64,000 bases of DNA from Pseudomonadota bacterium (lineage in GTDB: Bacteria > Desulfobacterota > Desulfuromonadia > Geobacterales > Pseudopelobacteraceae), in NCBI GenBank assembly GCA_019352135.1, contig JABBNX010000003.1, forward strand, positions 3,149-67,148. The letters are read 5' to 3'. Made by a program: the position numbers and the translations under genes. The notes beneath the pieces were generated by a model. The model made no database searches. It saw only the letters and a program-made list of their open reading frames with translations, and had not been told where the DNA came from. Below, piece after piece: positions 34,521 to 48,142 of the stretch; the first letter of the stretch is position 1; the number at the start of each line of letters is the position of its first letter.

Positions 34521-34568
34521 CAAACTTCGATTGTAACTTTTGCAGGATAACAGCAGTATGTGGGTCAA

Positions 34569-38076
<3,508 letters not shown>

Positions 38077-38085
38077 CAGCCGTTT

Positions 38086-39207
38086 TTAGAGTCTCATCGG
38101 CATAATGACCGCTAGAAAGCTGTCAGAATTTTCAGGCACAATGATCGAAGGGGAAAGCTCATCCTTGAATTTCATCTCGACTCGTTCGGTTTCTGCCACG
38201 GAAAGAACATCAAGGAGATAGCGGGCATTAAACCTTACCGAAAAGGGTTCTCCGTTATATGCTACATCCAGCTCTTCCATGGCATCCCCCAGCTCGGGGT
38301 TGCTGGAAGAAATTCTAATTCCACCGGATGATATCTCAAGCATGATTCCTTTAAATTTTTCACTGGAAAGAATCGCCATACGCCGCACGGAATGACTGAA
38401 GTCTTCTTTGCTGACGGTCACTACCTGGGTGTTAGCGGTAGGTATGACGCGGTTATAATCGGGAAATTCACCATCAACAAGACGCATGACCATATATGAA
38501 TCGCCCCGTTTGATGACGGCACTATTATCCATAAAACCAAACATCAGAGTTCCGCCTTCTTCATCGGTGATCTTCTTCATCTCGTAGACACCTTTTTTCG
38601 GCAGGATAACTCCTTTCAGGAGTTCCGGACCGGCGGAGCCTTTGAGATTACCAGAAGCTATCGAGAGGCGATGACCGTCTGTAGATACCATTTTAAGACC
38701 GTTACTGCCGTCTGGATGGACTTCCACTTTAATAAAAATGCCGTTGAGATTATATTTTGTTTCATCCGTACAAATGGCATACGAAGTTCTTTCAATCATT
38801 CCTCGGAGCAGAGAGGTTTCAATTTCAAAGAGGTTTTCTTCTTTTACATCAGGAAAATAAGGAAATTCATCCGGTGATAGCCCCACAATGTTAAATTGAA
38901 CTTTGCCGCATTTTATTTCTACCCAATCATTATCTTTCGTTGAAAATAAAATAGGTTGATTCGGAAGTTCCTTTACAATTTCGTATAATTTTTTTGCTGA
39001 AACCGTGATTTTTCCAGGGGTGATAACTTCGGCAGTGTAGCTGCTTTTCATCCCTACTTCCAGGTCAGTTGCAGTAACAAGAAGCGATGTTTCGGTAGCT
39101 TCAAGAAGAACGTTAGATAAAATAGGCATTGAAGTTCTTTTTTCTACAATACCCTGAATTTTTTGCAGCGACTTCAGGAATTGCTCTTTTTCAATTTTGA
39201 ATTCCAT
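38086..39207 (-). CDS. dnaN: DNA polymerase III beta sliding clamp
   Basis: 373 aa. MEFKIEKEQFLKSLQKIQGIVEKRTSMPILSNVLLEA.. ..VIMPMRL C-terminus. Confidence 0.97.
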   Translation of the reverse strand: MEFKIEKEQFLKSLQKIQGIVEKRTSMPILSNVLLEATETSLLVTATDLEVGMKSSYTAEVITPGKITVSAKKLYEIVKELPNQPILFSTKDNDWVEIKCGKVQFNIVGLSPDEFPYFPDVKEENLFEIETSLLRGMIERTSYAICTDETKYNLNGIFIKVEVHPDGSNGLKMVSTDGHRLSIASGNLKGSAGPELLKGVILPKKGVYEMKKITDEEGGTLMFGFMDNSAVIKRGDSYMVMRLVDGEFPDYNRVIPTANTQVVTVSKEDFSHSVRRMAILSSEKFKGIMLEISSGGIRISSSNPELGDAMEELDVAYNGEPFSVRFNARYLLDVLSVAETERVEMKFKDELSPSIIVPENSDSFLAVIMPMRL

Positions 39208-39427
39208 GTACGCCTCCTTTTATTACAAATAAGATGTATGTTTATATTATATTAAAAACCTTGTAGTACGTTGTTGGTGCTGTGGAAACTAGGTATAATC
39301 CGGTAACATACTTTATTATAACGGGTAATTTTATTCCGTGCCTGTGCATACTGTGCAGAATAAATTGTACTTTTACACACCGGCACATGTTACCAACAGT
39401 TATTCACAATGAATCAACAGGTTTTCC
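39208..39427. other. AT-rich dnaA-dnaN spacer with DnaA-box-like 9-mers (secondary oriC / dnaN-promoter candidate)
   Basis: TGTGGAAAC (39281-39289; 2 mismatches to TGTGGATAA) and TTATTCACA (39400-39408; 1 mismatch to TTATCCACA). AT-rich run TATGTTTATATTATATTAAAAA at about 39236-39257. Confidence 0.4.
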
Positions 39428-40777
39428 TTACTTGAGGAGTAAACGTTTTATTTCATCCATAATTCTGGATAGTTTTGGATCATTTTCCAGTGTTTTGTCA
39501 ATTTTTTTGTAGGAATGAATGATTGTTGAATGATCTTTGCCACCAAACTTCAATCCAATGTCGGGATAGGATGCTTTTGTCATATCTCTGCAGAACCAGA
39601 TGGCAATCTGCCGGGCATGCACAATATTCTTCAGCCTTTTTTCCGACTTCAGGTCAGTCATTTTCACATCAAAATATTCAGCAACTGTTTTTTGGATCAA
39701 TTCAACGGTAATTTCTTTGTGCCTGTCCCCGATAATGTCCTTAAGATTTTCCTTTGCCATTTCCAGCGTAACGGGAATGTTCTGAAGGCTGCTGAAAGCT
39801 CCGAGCCGAATGAGCATTCCTTCCAGTTCACGGATGTTTCTGGTATCACTTGAGGCAAGAAAGTAGTAAACGTCCTCAGGAAAAAAAACTCTGGTGATTT
39901 CTGATTTTTTTTTCAGAATAGCAATTTTTGTTTCCACATCGGGTTGTTGAATATCAGCAATGAGACCCCACTCAAATCTGGACCTCAGCCGTTCTTCCAG
40001 GTCTGAAATTTCTCGAGGAAATTTGTCTGACGTAATAACAATCTGCTTATGGGCATCATGAAGAGCATTAAATGTGTGAAAAAACTCTTCCTGAGTTCCG
40101 GTTTTCCCGGAGATGAACTGGATGTCGTCCACTAAGAGCACATCAACTGTTCTGAAACGATTCCTGAAAACATCCATCTTTTTTAAACGGAGATGATTCA
40201 CCATTTCATACATGAACTTTTCTGCTGAACAGTAACATACATTCAACTCTGGTGAGTTTTCACGGATAGTGTGACCTATCGAGTTTAACAGGTGACTTTT
40301 GCCAAGTCCGACTCCACCGTAAATAAAAAGAGGATTATAGGTATCAGCCGGATTATTGGCTACTGCCATTGCAGCAGCATGAGCAAATTGATTGCCGGTT
40401 CCACTCACAAAAAGATCAAACGTATATTTTTGGTTGAGAGGAGTAAATACCTGATCAAGAGATGTGTTTTTTGATGCGGTTGGTTCAGCCTCATTTTTTT
40501 CAATAAAATCTTCTGAAATGTAGGGGTGGTGCTCTTCATCTGCTCTTACAACAAAGTTAAGAGAGACTGCTTGTCCGGATGTGGCAGTGAGTGCTCCGGT
40601 CAAAACCTTGAGATAATGTTCTTCCAGCCACTCTTTTATAAACGAGTTGGGAACAGACAAAAAAACGGCTGAGCCATCATGGTGGCTGTAATGAACCGGT
40701 TTTATCCAGGTGTCAAAATCAGCTTCCGACATAACTTTTTCTATATTTTCAGTTGCTTGTTGCCACGCATCTAACAT
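39428..40777 (-). CDS. dnaA: Chromosomal replication initiator protein DnaA
   Basis: LNQKYTFDLFV.G..N.FA.AAA.AVA..P...YNPLFIYGGVGLGKSHLL, VLLVDDIQF, and C-terminal DNA-binding ..HSTI.HSYKKI. Start set at ATG 40777 (MLDAWQQ..); the listed ORF begins 22 codons upstream. Confidence 0.95.
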   Translation of the reverse strand: MLDAWQQATENIEKVMSEADFDTWIKPVHYSHHDGSAVFLSVPNSFIKEWLEEHYLKVLTGALTATSGQAVSLNFVVRADEEHHPYISEDFIEKNEAEPTASKNTSLDQVFTPLNQKYTFDLFVSGTGNQFAHAAAMAVANNPADTYNPLFIYGGVGLGKSHLLNSIGHTIRENSPELNVCYCSAEKFMYEMVNHLRLKKMDVFRNRFRTVDVLLVDDIQFISGKTGTQEEFFHTFNALHDAHKQIVITSDKFPREISDLEERLRSRFEWGLIADIQQPDVETKIAILKKKSEITRVFFPEDVYYFLASSDTRNIRELEGMLIRLGAFSSLQNIPVTLEMAKENLKDIIGDRHKEITVELIQKTVAEYFDVKMTDLKSEKRLKNIVHARQIAIWFCRDMTKASYPDIGLKFGGKDHSTIIHSYKKIDKTLENDPKLSRIMDEIKRLLLK

Positions 40778-41131
40778 CGGGAAAATCACAATCACTAATA
40801 GTATTTGGTTATCAACATCAAAGAAGGCATGTAACGTGTGCAAGAGTAAGAGTATTATGTATACGTATGATATATATTTGAAAAGTTTTCAACACTATTG
40901 TTAACAGCTGTGGAAAACTTTTTAAATAAACAAAATCAATATGTTTAGTCATAATTCGGATAGTAATTGGACATGATGAAGGACTTGGAAGATAGCAGAG
41001 ACGACCCTCTTTTTCAAGGCAAATCAATGGGTGTAGTTGCGTGAGTAGATATAATATAAAACTTGACACATCTCAGGAGTTGTGTTTAATAACTCATTTC
41101 CTGAAAAATAATTTTGTAGAGGTAGATCAAC
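40778..41131. other. Primary oriC candidate: 354-bp AT-rich dnaA|rpmH divergent spacer at the coding-strand switch
   Basis: DnaA-box-like TTATCAACA (40809-40817; 1 mismatch), TGTGGAAAA (40909-40917; 1 mismatch) and TTTTCAACA (40886-40894; 2 mismatches). AT-rich stretches at about 40855-40885 and 40918-40955. Gene orientation flips here. Confidence 0.5.
41063..41090 (+). promoter_or_regulatory. Sigma70-type promoter candidate for rpmH-rnpA
   Basis: TTGACA (41063-41068), a 16-nt spacer, then TTTAAT (41085-41090), about 40 nt upstream of the rpmH ATG. Confidence 0.4.
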
Positions 41132-41281
41132 ATGAAAAGAACATATCAGCCAAGTAATACTTCACGCAAGCGTACCCATGGTTTTCTGGTAAGAATGGCC
41201 ACAAAGAACGGCCGGCTCGTCATTAAGCGCAGACGAGCAAAAGGGCGTAAAAGCCTGTCTGTAAAAATCGCAACAAAATAA
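41132..41281 (+). CDS. rpmH: 50S ribosomal protein L34 (49 aa; not in the ORF track)
   Basis: Hand translation: [49 protein letters not shown]. Confidence 0.95.
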   Translation: MKRTYQPSNTSRKRTHGFLVRMATKNGRLVIKRRRAKGRKSLSVKIATK

Positions 41282-41294
41282 TATAAATTTTTGC

Positions 41295-41675
41295 GTGAGT
41301 ATCGACACGGTAGCCACATTTCCAAAAACAGCACGTTTGCGGAAGCGAGCCGAATTTCTTCAGCTCGCTTCCGCACAGCATAAAACGACAGTGCGTGGGT
41401 TTCTTGTTGTGTGGCGTGAGAATGACCTTCAAACAGCTCGGCTGGGTATTACTGCCAGCAAGAAAATTGGATGCTCAGTTGTTCGTAACCGGGTTAAGCG
41501 CTATCTCCGGGAATTTTTCAGGCATAACCGCATTGGGATGACGGCTGTGGATGTAAATGTTATTCCCCGTCGTGAATCGGCACAGATGGCGTATCCCGAT
41601 ATTGAACGGGAACTAAGCAAAGCTTTCCGATATATAGGCATATCCGCATGCTCAAGAGCTCCTTGCTCCTTGTAA
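41295..41675 (+). CDS. rnpA: Ribonuclease P protein component
   Basis: 126 aa with a GTG start. [13 protein letters not shown].., [19 protein letters not shown] motif. Position after rpmH. Confidence 0.9.
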   Translation: MSIDTVATFPKTARLRKRAEFLQLASAQHKTTVRGFLVVWRENDLQTARLGITASKKIGCSVVRNRVKRYLREFFRHNRIGMTAVDVNVIPRRESAQMAYPDIERELSKAFRYIGISACSRAPCSL

Positions 41676-41860
41676 TCAGGTTTTATCAGAAGATAATTTC
41701 TCCGCTTCTTCCTCAGACCTGTCGTTTTTACCCCTCCTGTTCTGAGTATTCCCGTGAGTCCTTAATTCGGCATGGTGTCGCCAGGGGTATGTTGCTTACC
41801 TTTATCAGAATATGTAAGTGTCATCCGTTTCATCCGGGCGGCCACGATCCGGTACCCTAA
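41648..41860 (+). CDS. yidD: Membrane protein insertion efficiency factor YidD
   Basis: 70 aa. YQK.ISPLLP..CRF.PSCSEY...........G..L...RI.KCHPF..GG.DPVP. Confidence 0.9.
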   Translation: MLKSSLLLVIRFYQKIISPLLPQTCRFYPSCSEYSRESLIRHGVARGMLLTFIRICKCHPFHPGGHDPVP

Positions 41861-41889
41861 CACAATAAATATAGTATTTAGGAGCCTCG

Positions 41890-43497
41890 ATGGAAAAGCG
41901 CGCTTTTATAGCGGTAGGTCTCTCAATCGCAGTTTTTTATTTGTTCTCCATGCTGTTTGGCCCAGAGAAACACAAGGTCGAACCGTCTGCTCCTCAGACC
42001 GTCTCTTCCGTGGCAGAAACCCCGGCTGTGAATGCTCAACAGCCATCTGTGCCGCAAAATTCTGCTCAGGCTGCAGGGCAATCGCCTGTTGAAAGTGCTC
42101 CTCTAAAAGACGTCAGTGTAGAAACGGATCTCTATACGGCGGTGTTTTCTTCTCGCGGAGCAAGTCTTAAGAGCCTGACCCTTAAAAACTACCACGAAGA
42201 AAATACCCCTGACGCAAAAAAAGTTACCCTGGAAAATGACGCCGATCCTAAACTTCTGTCGTTTTCAACGACAGCAACCGGTTTCAATCTTCCCGCTAAT
42301 ACGGTGTTCTCAACGGATGTTGACGGCCTCAAGATTGATAAAACCGGATCCCGCCAACTAACCTTTAACTATATTTCCGGCCAAGGGTTTACCGTTCGTA
42401 AAACGTATACTTTCACTTCGGGAAAATATGGCATTAATCTCGATACTCAAATTTTCAACAACGCTACTACTCCTTTGGTAGGTTCTATACAGCATGTCAT
42501 GACCTACCCGGAAGCACCGAAAGTTAAAGATAACCGTTTTAACACTGCCGGTTCATATCTTTTTTCAGATAACAGCCTTCAATTTAACGTAGCCAAAGAT
42601 GTTTCCGCCGCCTCAAAGCGATATGACAAAACAATTCTCTGGTCAGGTTTTGCAGACAAGTTTTTTTTGAGTGCGATTCTTTCCGAAAATAACAACATTG
42701 CATCAGTCGAATTAAAGAAGAATACTGACGGCTATTTGGAATCTATTGTTTCATCCCCCCAGTTTACCGTTAACCCCGGCCAGTCGGTTAAAGTTGATTA
42801 TCGTCTGTTTGTCGGTCCCAAGGATATTGATATTCTGAAAGCGCAGGGGAACTCTCTGGTACAGTCTCTCAACCTGGGCTGGTTTACCGTTATTGCCAAG
42901 CCGATGCTCTATTCACTGAAGTTCTTTTATCGATATGTCGGTAACTACGGCATCGCAATCATAATCCTGACAGTTATACTGAAGGCGCTGTTTTTCCCGT
43001 TAACCAACAAGAGCTACAAGTCAATGAAGGCTATGCAGAAAATTCAGCCCGAAATGACGAAGCTTCGGGAAAAATATAAAGATGACAAAGATGCCATGAA
43101 CAAGGCGGTTATGGAGTTGTATCGTGAACACAAGGTTAACCCTATGGGTGGGTGCCTGCCCATGGTCGTTCAGATACCGGTGTTCTTTGCGCTCTACAAA
43201 TCACTGATGTTTTCCATAGAACTCCGCCATGCTCCTTTCTTTTTTTGGGTTACGGATCTTGCCGATAAAGACCCCTATTACGTTATGCCGGTTATTATGG
43301 GCATCACGATGTTTCTTCAGCAGAAAATGACCCCATCAAATATGGATCCGATGCAGCAGAAAATGATGCTGGCCCTGCCGGTTGTTTTTACATTCATGTT
43401 TCTCAGTTTTCCTTCCGGTCTCGTTTTGTACTGGTTGGTAAATAACGTGTTAACGATCGGTCAGCAGCTGTATATCAACAAACTGGTTAAAGATTAG
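41890..43497 (+). CDS. yidC: Membrane protein insertase YidC
   Basis: 535 aa. N-terminal TM, large periplasmic domain, and conserved C-terminal core ..[13 protein letters not shown]....PL..KSYKSM..MQ..QPEM..LRE.YKDD......ELY.......GGCLP...Q.PVF.ALY.. Confidence 0.95.
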   Translation: MEKRAFIAVGLSIAVFYLFSMLFGPEKHKVEPSAPQTVSSVAETPAVNAQQPSVPQNSAQAAGQSPVESAPLKDVSVETDLYTAVFSSRGASLKSLTLKNYHEENTPDAKKVTLENDADPKLLSFSTTATGFNLPANTVFSTDVDGLKIDKTGSRQLTFNYISGQGFTVRKTYTFTSGKYGINLDTQIFNNATTPLVGSIQHVMTYPEAPKVKDNRFNTAGSYLFSDNSLQFNVAKDVSAASKRYDKTILWSGFADKFFLSAILSENNNIASVELKKNTDGYLESIVSSPQFTVNPGQSVKVDYRLFVGPKDIDILKAQGNSLVQSLNLGWFTVIAKPMLYSLKFFYRYVGNYGIAIIILTVILKALFFPLTNKSYKSMKAMQKIQPEMTKLREKYKDDKDAMNKAVMELYREHKVNPMGGCLPMVVQIPVFFALYKSLMFSIELRHAPFFFWVTDLADKDPYYVMPVIMGITMFLQQKMTPSNMDPMQQKMMLALPVVFTFMFLSFPSGLVLYWLVNNVLTIGQQLYINKLVKD

Positions 43498-43521
43498 TCT
43501 GCGGGTCCGGAGTAATATTTT

Positions 43522-44889
43522 ATGTATATCCGTGATACGATAGCGGCGGTCAGCACCCCTCCTGGTAATGGCGGTATTGGAATAATCCGGGTGAGCGGGG
43601 ATCTGGCCGCAGTAGTCGGAAATACTCTTTTTAAACCTGTTTCTGACGGTGGCCTTGTGAGCCACCGTTTTTCTTTTGGCACCATCTGTGATGCGTCAAC
43701 CGGAGATGTTGTTGATGAAGCAATGGCAGTGTATATGCGCGCTCCTCGTTCGTATACCCGAGAAGATGTTCTTGAAATCCATTGTCATGGTGGTTGGCTG
43801 GTTGTCGAAAGGGTATTGGCGCTTGTTCTTTCATGCGGTGTTCGGTTGGCTGACCCCGGTGAGTTTACACGGCGTGCGTTTCTTAATGGTCGTATTGATT
43901 TAATACAGGCTGAAGCGGTTATGGATATTATCGCGTCAAAGAGCGAATCTGCTTTGCAGCTTGCGCAGAGACAGCGTGAGGGGGTTCTTTCAAAGCGTAT
44001 TGATGATATACGTACCTGTTTACTCCGTGCGCTTGCATTGGTTGAGGCGTATATTGATTTTCCTGATGACGACCTTGGAGAGACAGATAGTGCCTCCATA
44101 CTTGCCTCTGTTGGCGAGGCCCGGAGCATCATTGCCGACCTTTTATTTACATTTGAAGATGGGCGGGTCATACGGGACGGCATATCGGTCCTGATTGTAG
44201 GCAAACCCAATGCAGGCAAATCTAGTCTGCTTAATTGCCTGTTGAACGAAAACCGTGCGATTGTAACCCATATACCCGGTACAACCCGTGACATTATTGA
44301 GGAAACGGTAAGTTTTGGTGGGTTGTCTGTTCGGTTGCTTGATACTGCGGGTATTCGTCATACGGATGACTTTGTAGAACAGGAAGGCATTACAAGGGCA
44401 TTAGCCAAGATACCTCAGGCGGACCTGATTCTTGCTGTTTTCGATGCTTCCAAAGAATTCAGCCGTGAAGATCAGTTGATCTTGGATGCGCTGGGTGACC
44501 ATAAGGCGATTGCGGTACTTAACAAAACAGATCTTCATCAGCGTTTTGTCTTGCCTTGTGAAGGGCGCTTTGTTGCTCTGGTTCGCATCGCTGCACTTTC
44601 AGGTGATGGAATCGATGTACTCAAACAGACGGTCTGCAAGCAGTTTCTTCACACGGCAGTAACCGACTCTCGTGAATTTGTAGCGCTTTCACGGGCTCGT
44701 CACCGTGATGCGCTTGTTTCAGCAGAACAGAATCTGCAGCAATTTGCCGGTGGACTTCCGGATAGCAATCTTGAACTGCTGGCTTTGGATCTTCGCGATG
44801 CACTCCGGGTGGTGGGATCGGTCACCGGCCAGACCGCCACGGATGAGGTTCTTGATCTCATATTCTCTTCGTTCTGTATCGGGAAATGA
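43522..44889 (+). CDS. mnmE: tRNA uridine-5-carboxymethylaminomethyl(34) synthesis GTPase MnmE
   Basis: 455 aa. [22 protein letters not shown]-domain [12 protein letters not shown] / DTAG, C-terminal FCIGK. Confidence 0.95.
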   Translation: MYIRDTIAAVSTPPGNGGIGIIRVSGDLAAVVGNTLFKPVSDGGLVSHRFSFGTICDASTGDVVDEAMAVYMRAPRSYTREDVLEIHCHGGWLVVERVLALVLSCGVRLADPGEFTRRAFLNGRIDLIQAEAVMDIIASKSESALQLAQRQREGVLSKRIDDIRTCLLRALALVEAYIDFPDDDLGETDSASILASVGEARSIIADLLFTFEDGRVIRDGISVLIVGKPNAGKSSLLNCLLNENRAIVTHIPGTTRDIIEETVSFGGLSVRLLDTAGIRHTDDFVEQEGITRALAKIPQADLILAVFDASKEFSREDQLILDALGDHKAIAVLNKTDLHQRFVLPCEGRFVALVRIAALSGDGIDVLKQTVCKQFLHTAVTDSREFVALSRARHRDALVSAEQNLQQFAGGLPDSNLELLALDLRDALRVVGSVTGQTATDEVLDLIFSSFCIGK

Positions 44890-44937
44890 CCTCATGTTTC
44901 ACGTGAAACATGAACGCGGGTAGTGGCCGCTTTTGCT

Positions 44938-46824
44938 ATGATGACTTATGATCAGATATACGACGTAATAGTTGTCGGTGCCGGGCATGCCGGGTGTGAA
45001 GCTGCTCTTGCAGCTGCTCGCATGGGCTGCCGGACTATGTTGTTGACAATCAATCTGGACGCAATTGCCCTTATGTCCTGCAATCCTTCGATAGGAGGAT
45101 TGGCTAAGGGGCATCTCGTTAAGGAAATTGATGCTCTCGGTGGGGAGATGGCAAAGAATATCGACGCAACCGGTATCCAGTTTCGAATTCTGAATACGAA
45201 AAAAGGGCCTGCAGTCCGTGCTTCACGTGCCCAGGCAGACAAGCAGCTTTACCGGCTCCGAATGAAGCGGGTACTCGAGCAGCAGCAGGATCTCGACCTT
45301 AAGCAGGGGGAAGTTACGTCTCTGTATCTTGAGGGCGAAAATCTCCGCGGAGTTGAGTTGCGGTCCGGCATCCGGTACCTGGCAAAAACGGTTATTATAA
45401 CCACTGGTACCTTCATGCGCGGCCTTATCCATATTGGACTGAATCATTATCCCGGTGGCCGTGCCGGTGATCAGCCATCAGTCGGGCTTTCGGATCAAAT
45501 GCGGTCACTCGGATTTCGCGTCGGCAGACTTAAGACCGGCACTCCGGCACGGCTGGATGCCCGCTCCATTGATTTTTCAAAACTCGAGACCCAGTACGGT
45601 GATGACCCTCCTCTGCCCTTTTCGCTTTCAACCAGCAGGATTGTCATGCCACAAATCCCCTGCCACATCGCGTATACAAATCAGCGTTCACATGACATTA
45701 TCCGATCCGGCCTGGATCGGTCGCCGTTATATTCCGGCATCATTGAGGGTGTTGGGCCTCGCTACTGTCCATCAATAGAAGACAAGGTCGTGCGCTTTCC
45801 TGACAAAGACCGCCACCAGACATTTATTGAGCCGGAAGGACTTGATACAATAGAAGTTTATCCGAGCGGCATGTCAACGTCATTACCGATAGACATCCAA
45901 ATAGCCTTTTACCGATCGATCATTGGTCTTGAACGCGTTGAAATAATGCGTCCGGCATATGCAATTGAATATGATTATGTTGATCCGATTCAGCTGCATA
46001 GTTCCCTTGAAACGAAAGCGATCGCAAATTTGTATCATGCCGGCCAAATTAATGGCACTTCCGGTTATGAGGAGGCTGCCGGCCAGGGGCTTATTGCCGG
46101 CATAAATGCCGCTCTCCGGGTGAAGGGGCGTGACCCGCTTGTGCTAACGAGAAGCCAGGCCTATATTGGCGTCATGATTGATGATCTGGTGACGCTTGGT
46201 ACACAAGAGCCGTATCGTATGTTCACATCACGTGCTGAATATCGGCTGTTATTGCGTGAGGACAATGCTGATTTGCGCCTGCGTGACATTGGATATCAGC
46301 TTGGCCTTGTGCCAGAAGCTGAATTCGCACGGTTTAGTCAAAAACGGGATATGATTGCCAGGGAGTTGGAGCGTATTGCGGGTACTCGCTTGATACATTC
46401 TGCCAAACAGGTTGACGTGCTGTCCCGACGCGGACTTGTAGATGTCCAGAAGGGCACGACACTGGAGCATCTGCTCAAGAGGTCCGATATCAGTTATACC
46501 GATCTGGCTGAGCTGGACACTGTTTCACGTGAAACATCCGCAGAAATACGTGAACAGGTTGAAATACAGACAAAATATAAGGGCTATATAGATCGGCAGT
46601 TAGAGCAGGTAGAGCAATCGAAAAAGTTGGAATCAACATGTATTCCTGAAAATCTGGACTATGCCTCAATTAAAAGCCTGACAACAGAAGTTCGTGAAAA
46701 GCTGGCTAAAAACAGGCCTGATACTCTTGGTCAGGCATCGCGAATACCCGGCATTACACCGGCAGCCATTTCAATCCTGTCGATTGCCTTGAAGTCGTCT
46801 TCCTGGAAAGGACTTGCAGAATAA
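44938..46824 (+). CDS. mnmG: tRNA uridine 5-carboxymethylaminomethyl modification enzyme MnmG (GidA)
   Basis: YDVIVVGAGHAGCEAALAAARMG FAD motif and a full-length GidA pattern. ATG 44938 is preferred over the listed GTG 44923. Confidence 0.95.
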   Translation: MMTYDQIYDVIVVGAGHAGCEAALAAARMGCRTMLLTINLDAIALMSCNPSIGGLAKGHLVKEIDALGGEMAKNIDATGIQFRILNTKKGPAVRASRAQADKQLYRLRMKRVLEQQQDLDLKQGEVTSLYLEGENLRGVELRSGIRYLAKTVIITTGTFMRGLIHIGLNHYPGGRAGDQPSVGLSDQMRSLGFRVGRLKTGTPARLDARSIDFSKLETQYGDDPPLPFSLSTSRIVMPQIPCHIAYTNQRSHDIIRSGLDRSPLYSGIIEGVGPRYCPSIEDKVVRFPDKDRHQTFIEPEGLDTIEVYPSGMSTSLPIDIQIAFYRSIIGLERVEIMRPAYAIEYDYVDPIQLHSSLETKAIANLYHAGQINGTSGYEEAAGQGLIAGINAALRVKGRDPLVLTRSQAYIGVMIDDLVTLGTQEPYRMFTSRAEYRLLLREDNADLRLRDIGYQLGLVPEAEFARFSQKRDMIARELERIAGTRLIHSAKQVDVLSRRGLVDVQKGTTLEHLLKRSDISYTDLAELDTVSRETSAEIREQVEIQTKYKGYIDRQLEQVEQSKKLESTCIPENLDYASIKSLTTEVREKLAKNRPDTLGQASRIPGITPAAISILSIALKSSSWKGLAE

Positions 46825-47486
46825 TGGGCTCAGTAATACGTGACATCCTGGGGCTTGAGGCGTCGTCAATGCCGCTGGCGCTTTCGAGCCACGAGGTTGA
46901 GTTGTTTGAACGCTATGCTGCAGAGCTTAAAAAATGGAATAAAAAGGTTAATTTGACCGCGATAACAAAAGACAATGAGATTGCAATCAAGCATTTTGTT
47001 GACTCCCTCAGTCTTGCTTCATATATATCCGGTTGTGATCGTCTGCTTGATATCGGGTCGGGTGCCGGCCTTCCAATAATTCCATTGAAAATAATCAGAC
47101 CTGAGATACCGATGGTGTCTGTCGATGCTGTTGCAAAGAAGATTCATTTCCAACGACATATTATTCGTATTCTTGAATTGCAAAATATTGAAGCGATTCA
47201 TGCGCGAATTGAAGATCTTCATGTGACTCACCATCACATGTTCAGCGTTATTACATCGCGAGCGTTTACCCGGCTTGACCGTTTCGTGTCCTTGGCGGCG
47301 CCGCTGCTTTCCGAGAGTGGTGTGTTGATCGCCATGAAGGGGGATCACGCCGAAGGAGAAATCGCTGCCAGTGATGAGGTTTTTATGGCCGATGGATTTA
47401 CGGTTACGTCGGTACAGCGTTACACATTGCCGCAAAACATGGGTGAGCGGGTTTTGACATTCATAAAACGGAGCAAAGCTGCATAG
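46824..47486 (+). CDS. rsmG: 16S rRNA (guanine527-N7)-methyltransferase RsmG (GidB)
   Basis: 220 aa. ..W N.K.NLTAI......I.KHF.DSL..., LDIGSGAGLPIIPLKI. TAATG overlap with mnmG. Confidence 0.9.
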   Translation: MGSVIRDILGLEASSMPLALSSHEVELFERYAAELKKWNKKVNLTAITKDNEIAIKHFVDSLSLASYISGCDRLLDIGSGAGLPIIPLKIIRPEIPMVSVDAVAKKIHFQRHIIRILELQNIEAIHARIEDLHVTHHHMFSVITSRAFTRLDRFVSLAAPLLSESGVLIAMKGDHAEGEIAASDEVFMADGFTVTSVQRYTLPQNMGERVLTFIKRSKAA

Positions 47487-47721
47487 AATAAGGGCTCAGA
47501 AGGCTCTGCTTCAAAAATTGCTTCTGAGGCGTAAACGGGTGACCTGAAATAGTAAGGTATAGATAAATCGTAATTTAGCGCCATGTACGTTTTTTGGGCT
47601 TTTGCGGCCTAAGGTTATGTTTTTAACTTGAATTTACCGAGAATAAGTTGCAGATGAATAGAATCTGCTCTAGAGTGAACCATTCAAGGTGTCAATACGT
47701 ATCAAGAGGGTATAACGGCAA

Positions 47722-48123
47722 ATGAACGTCAGAATATATTATGAGGACACCGATGCCGGTGGCGTTGTGTATCATGCCAATTACATTAAATATATGGAAC
47801 GCGCTCGAACTGAATATTTTCGGGATCACGGTTTTCTCGTGGCGGAACTCGCCCGCGATGGTTTTGTGTTCCCGGTTGTAAAACTGGACATTGATTTTAA
47901 GTCTCCAGCTCTTCACGATGATTTTCTTTCGGTTATAACAACTCCGGTGCGTGTTGGCGGATCCTCCGTTACGCTCTGTCAAAAAATAGTACGGGTAAGC
48001 GACGATAAACTGCTGGTTCAGGGACTGGTTACTCTTGCTTGTATAAGCCCGGCCTTCAAAGCACGGCGGATACCGCTGGAAATTCGCACCATGCTCGAAA
48101 CAGAACTTGATACCGCCGAATGA
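47722..48123 (+). CDS. YbgC/4HBT-family acyl-CoA thioesterase
   Basis: 133 aa. VRIYYEDTDAGGVVYHANYIKYMERARTEYFR is the canonical YbgC motif. Confidence 0.8.
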   Translation: MNVRIYYEDTDAGGVVYHANYIKYMERARTEYFRDHGFLVAELARDGFVFPVVKLDIDFKSPALHDDFLSVITTPVRVGGSSVTLCQKIVRVSDDKLLVQGLVTLACISPAFKARRIPLEIRTMLETELDTAE

Positions 48124-48142
48124 AAATAATCAGGATTACATT

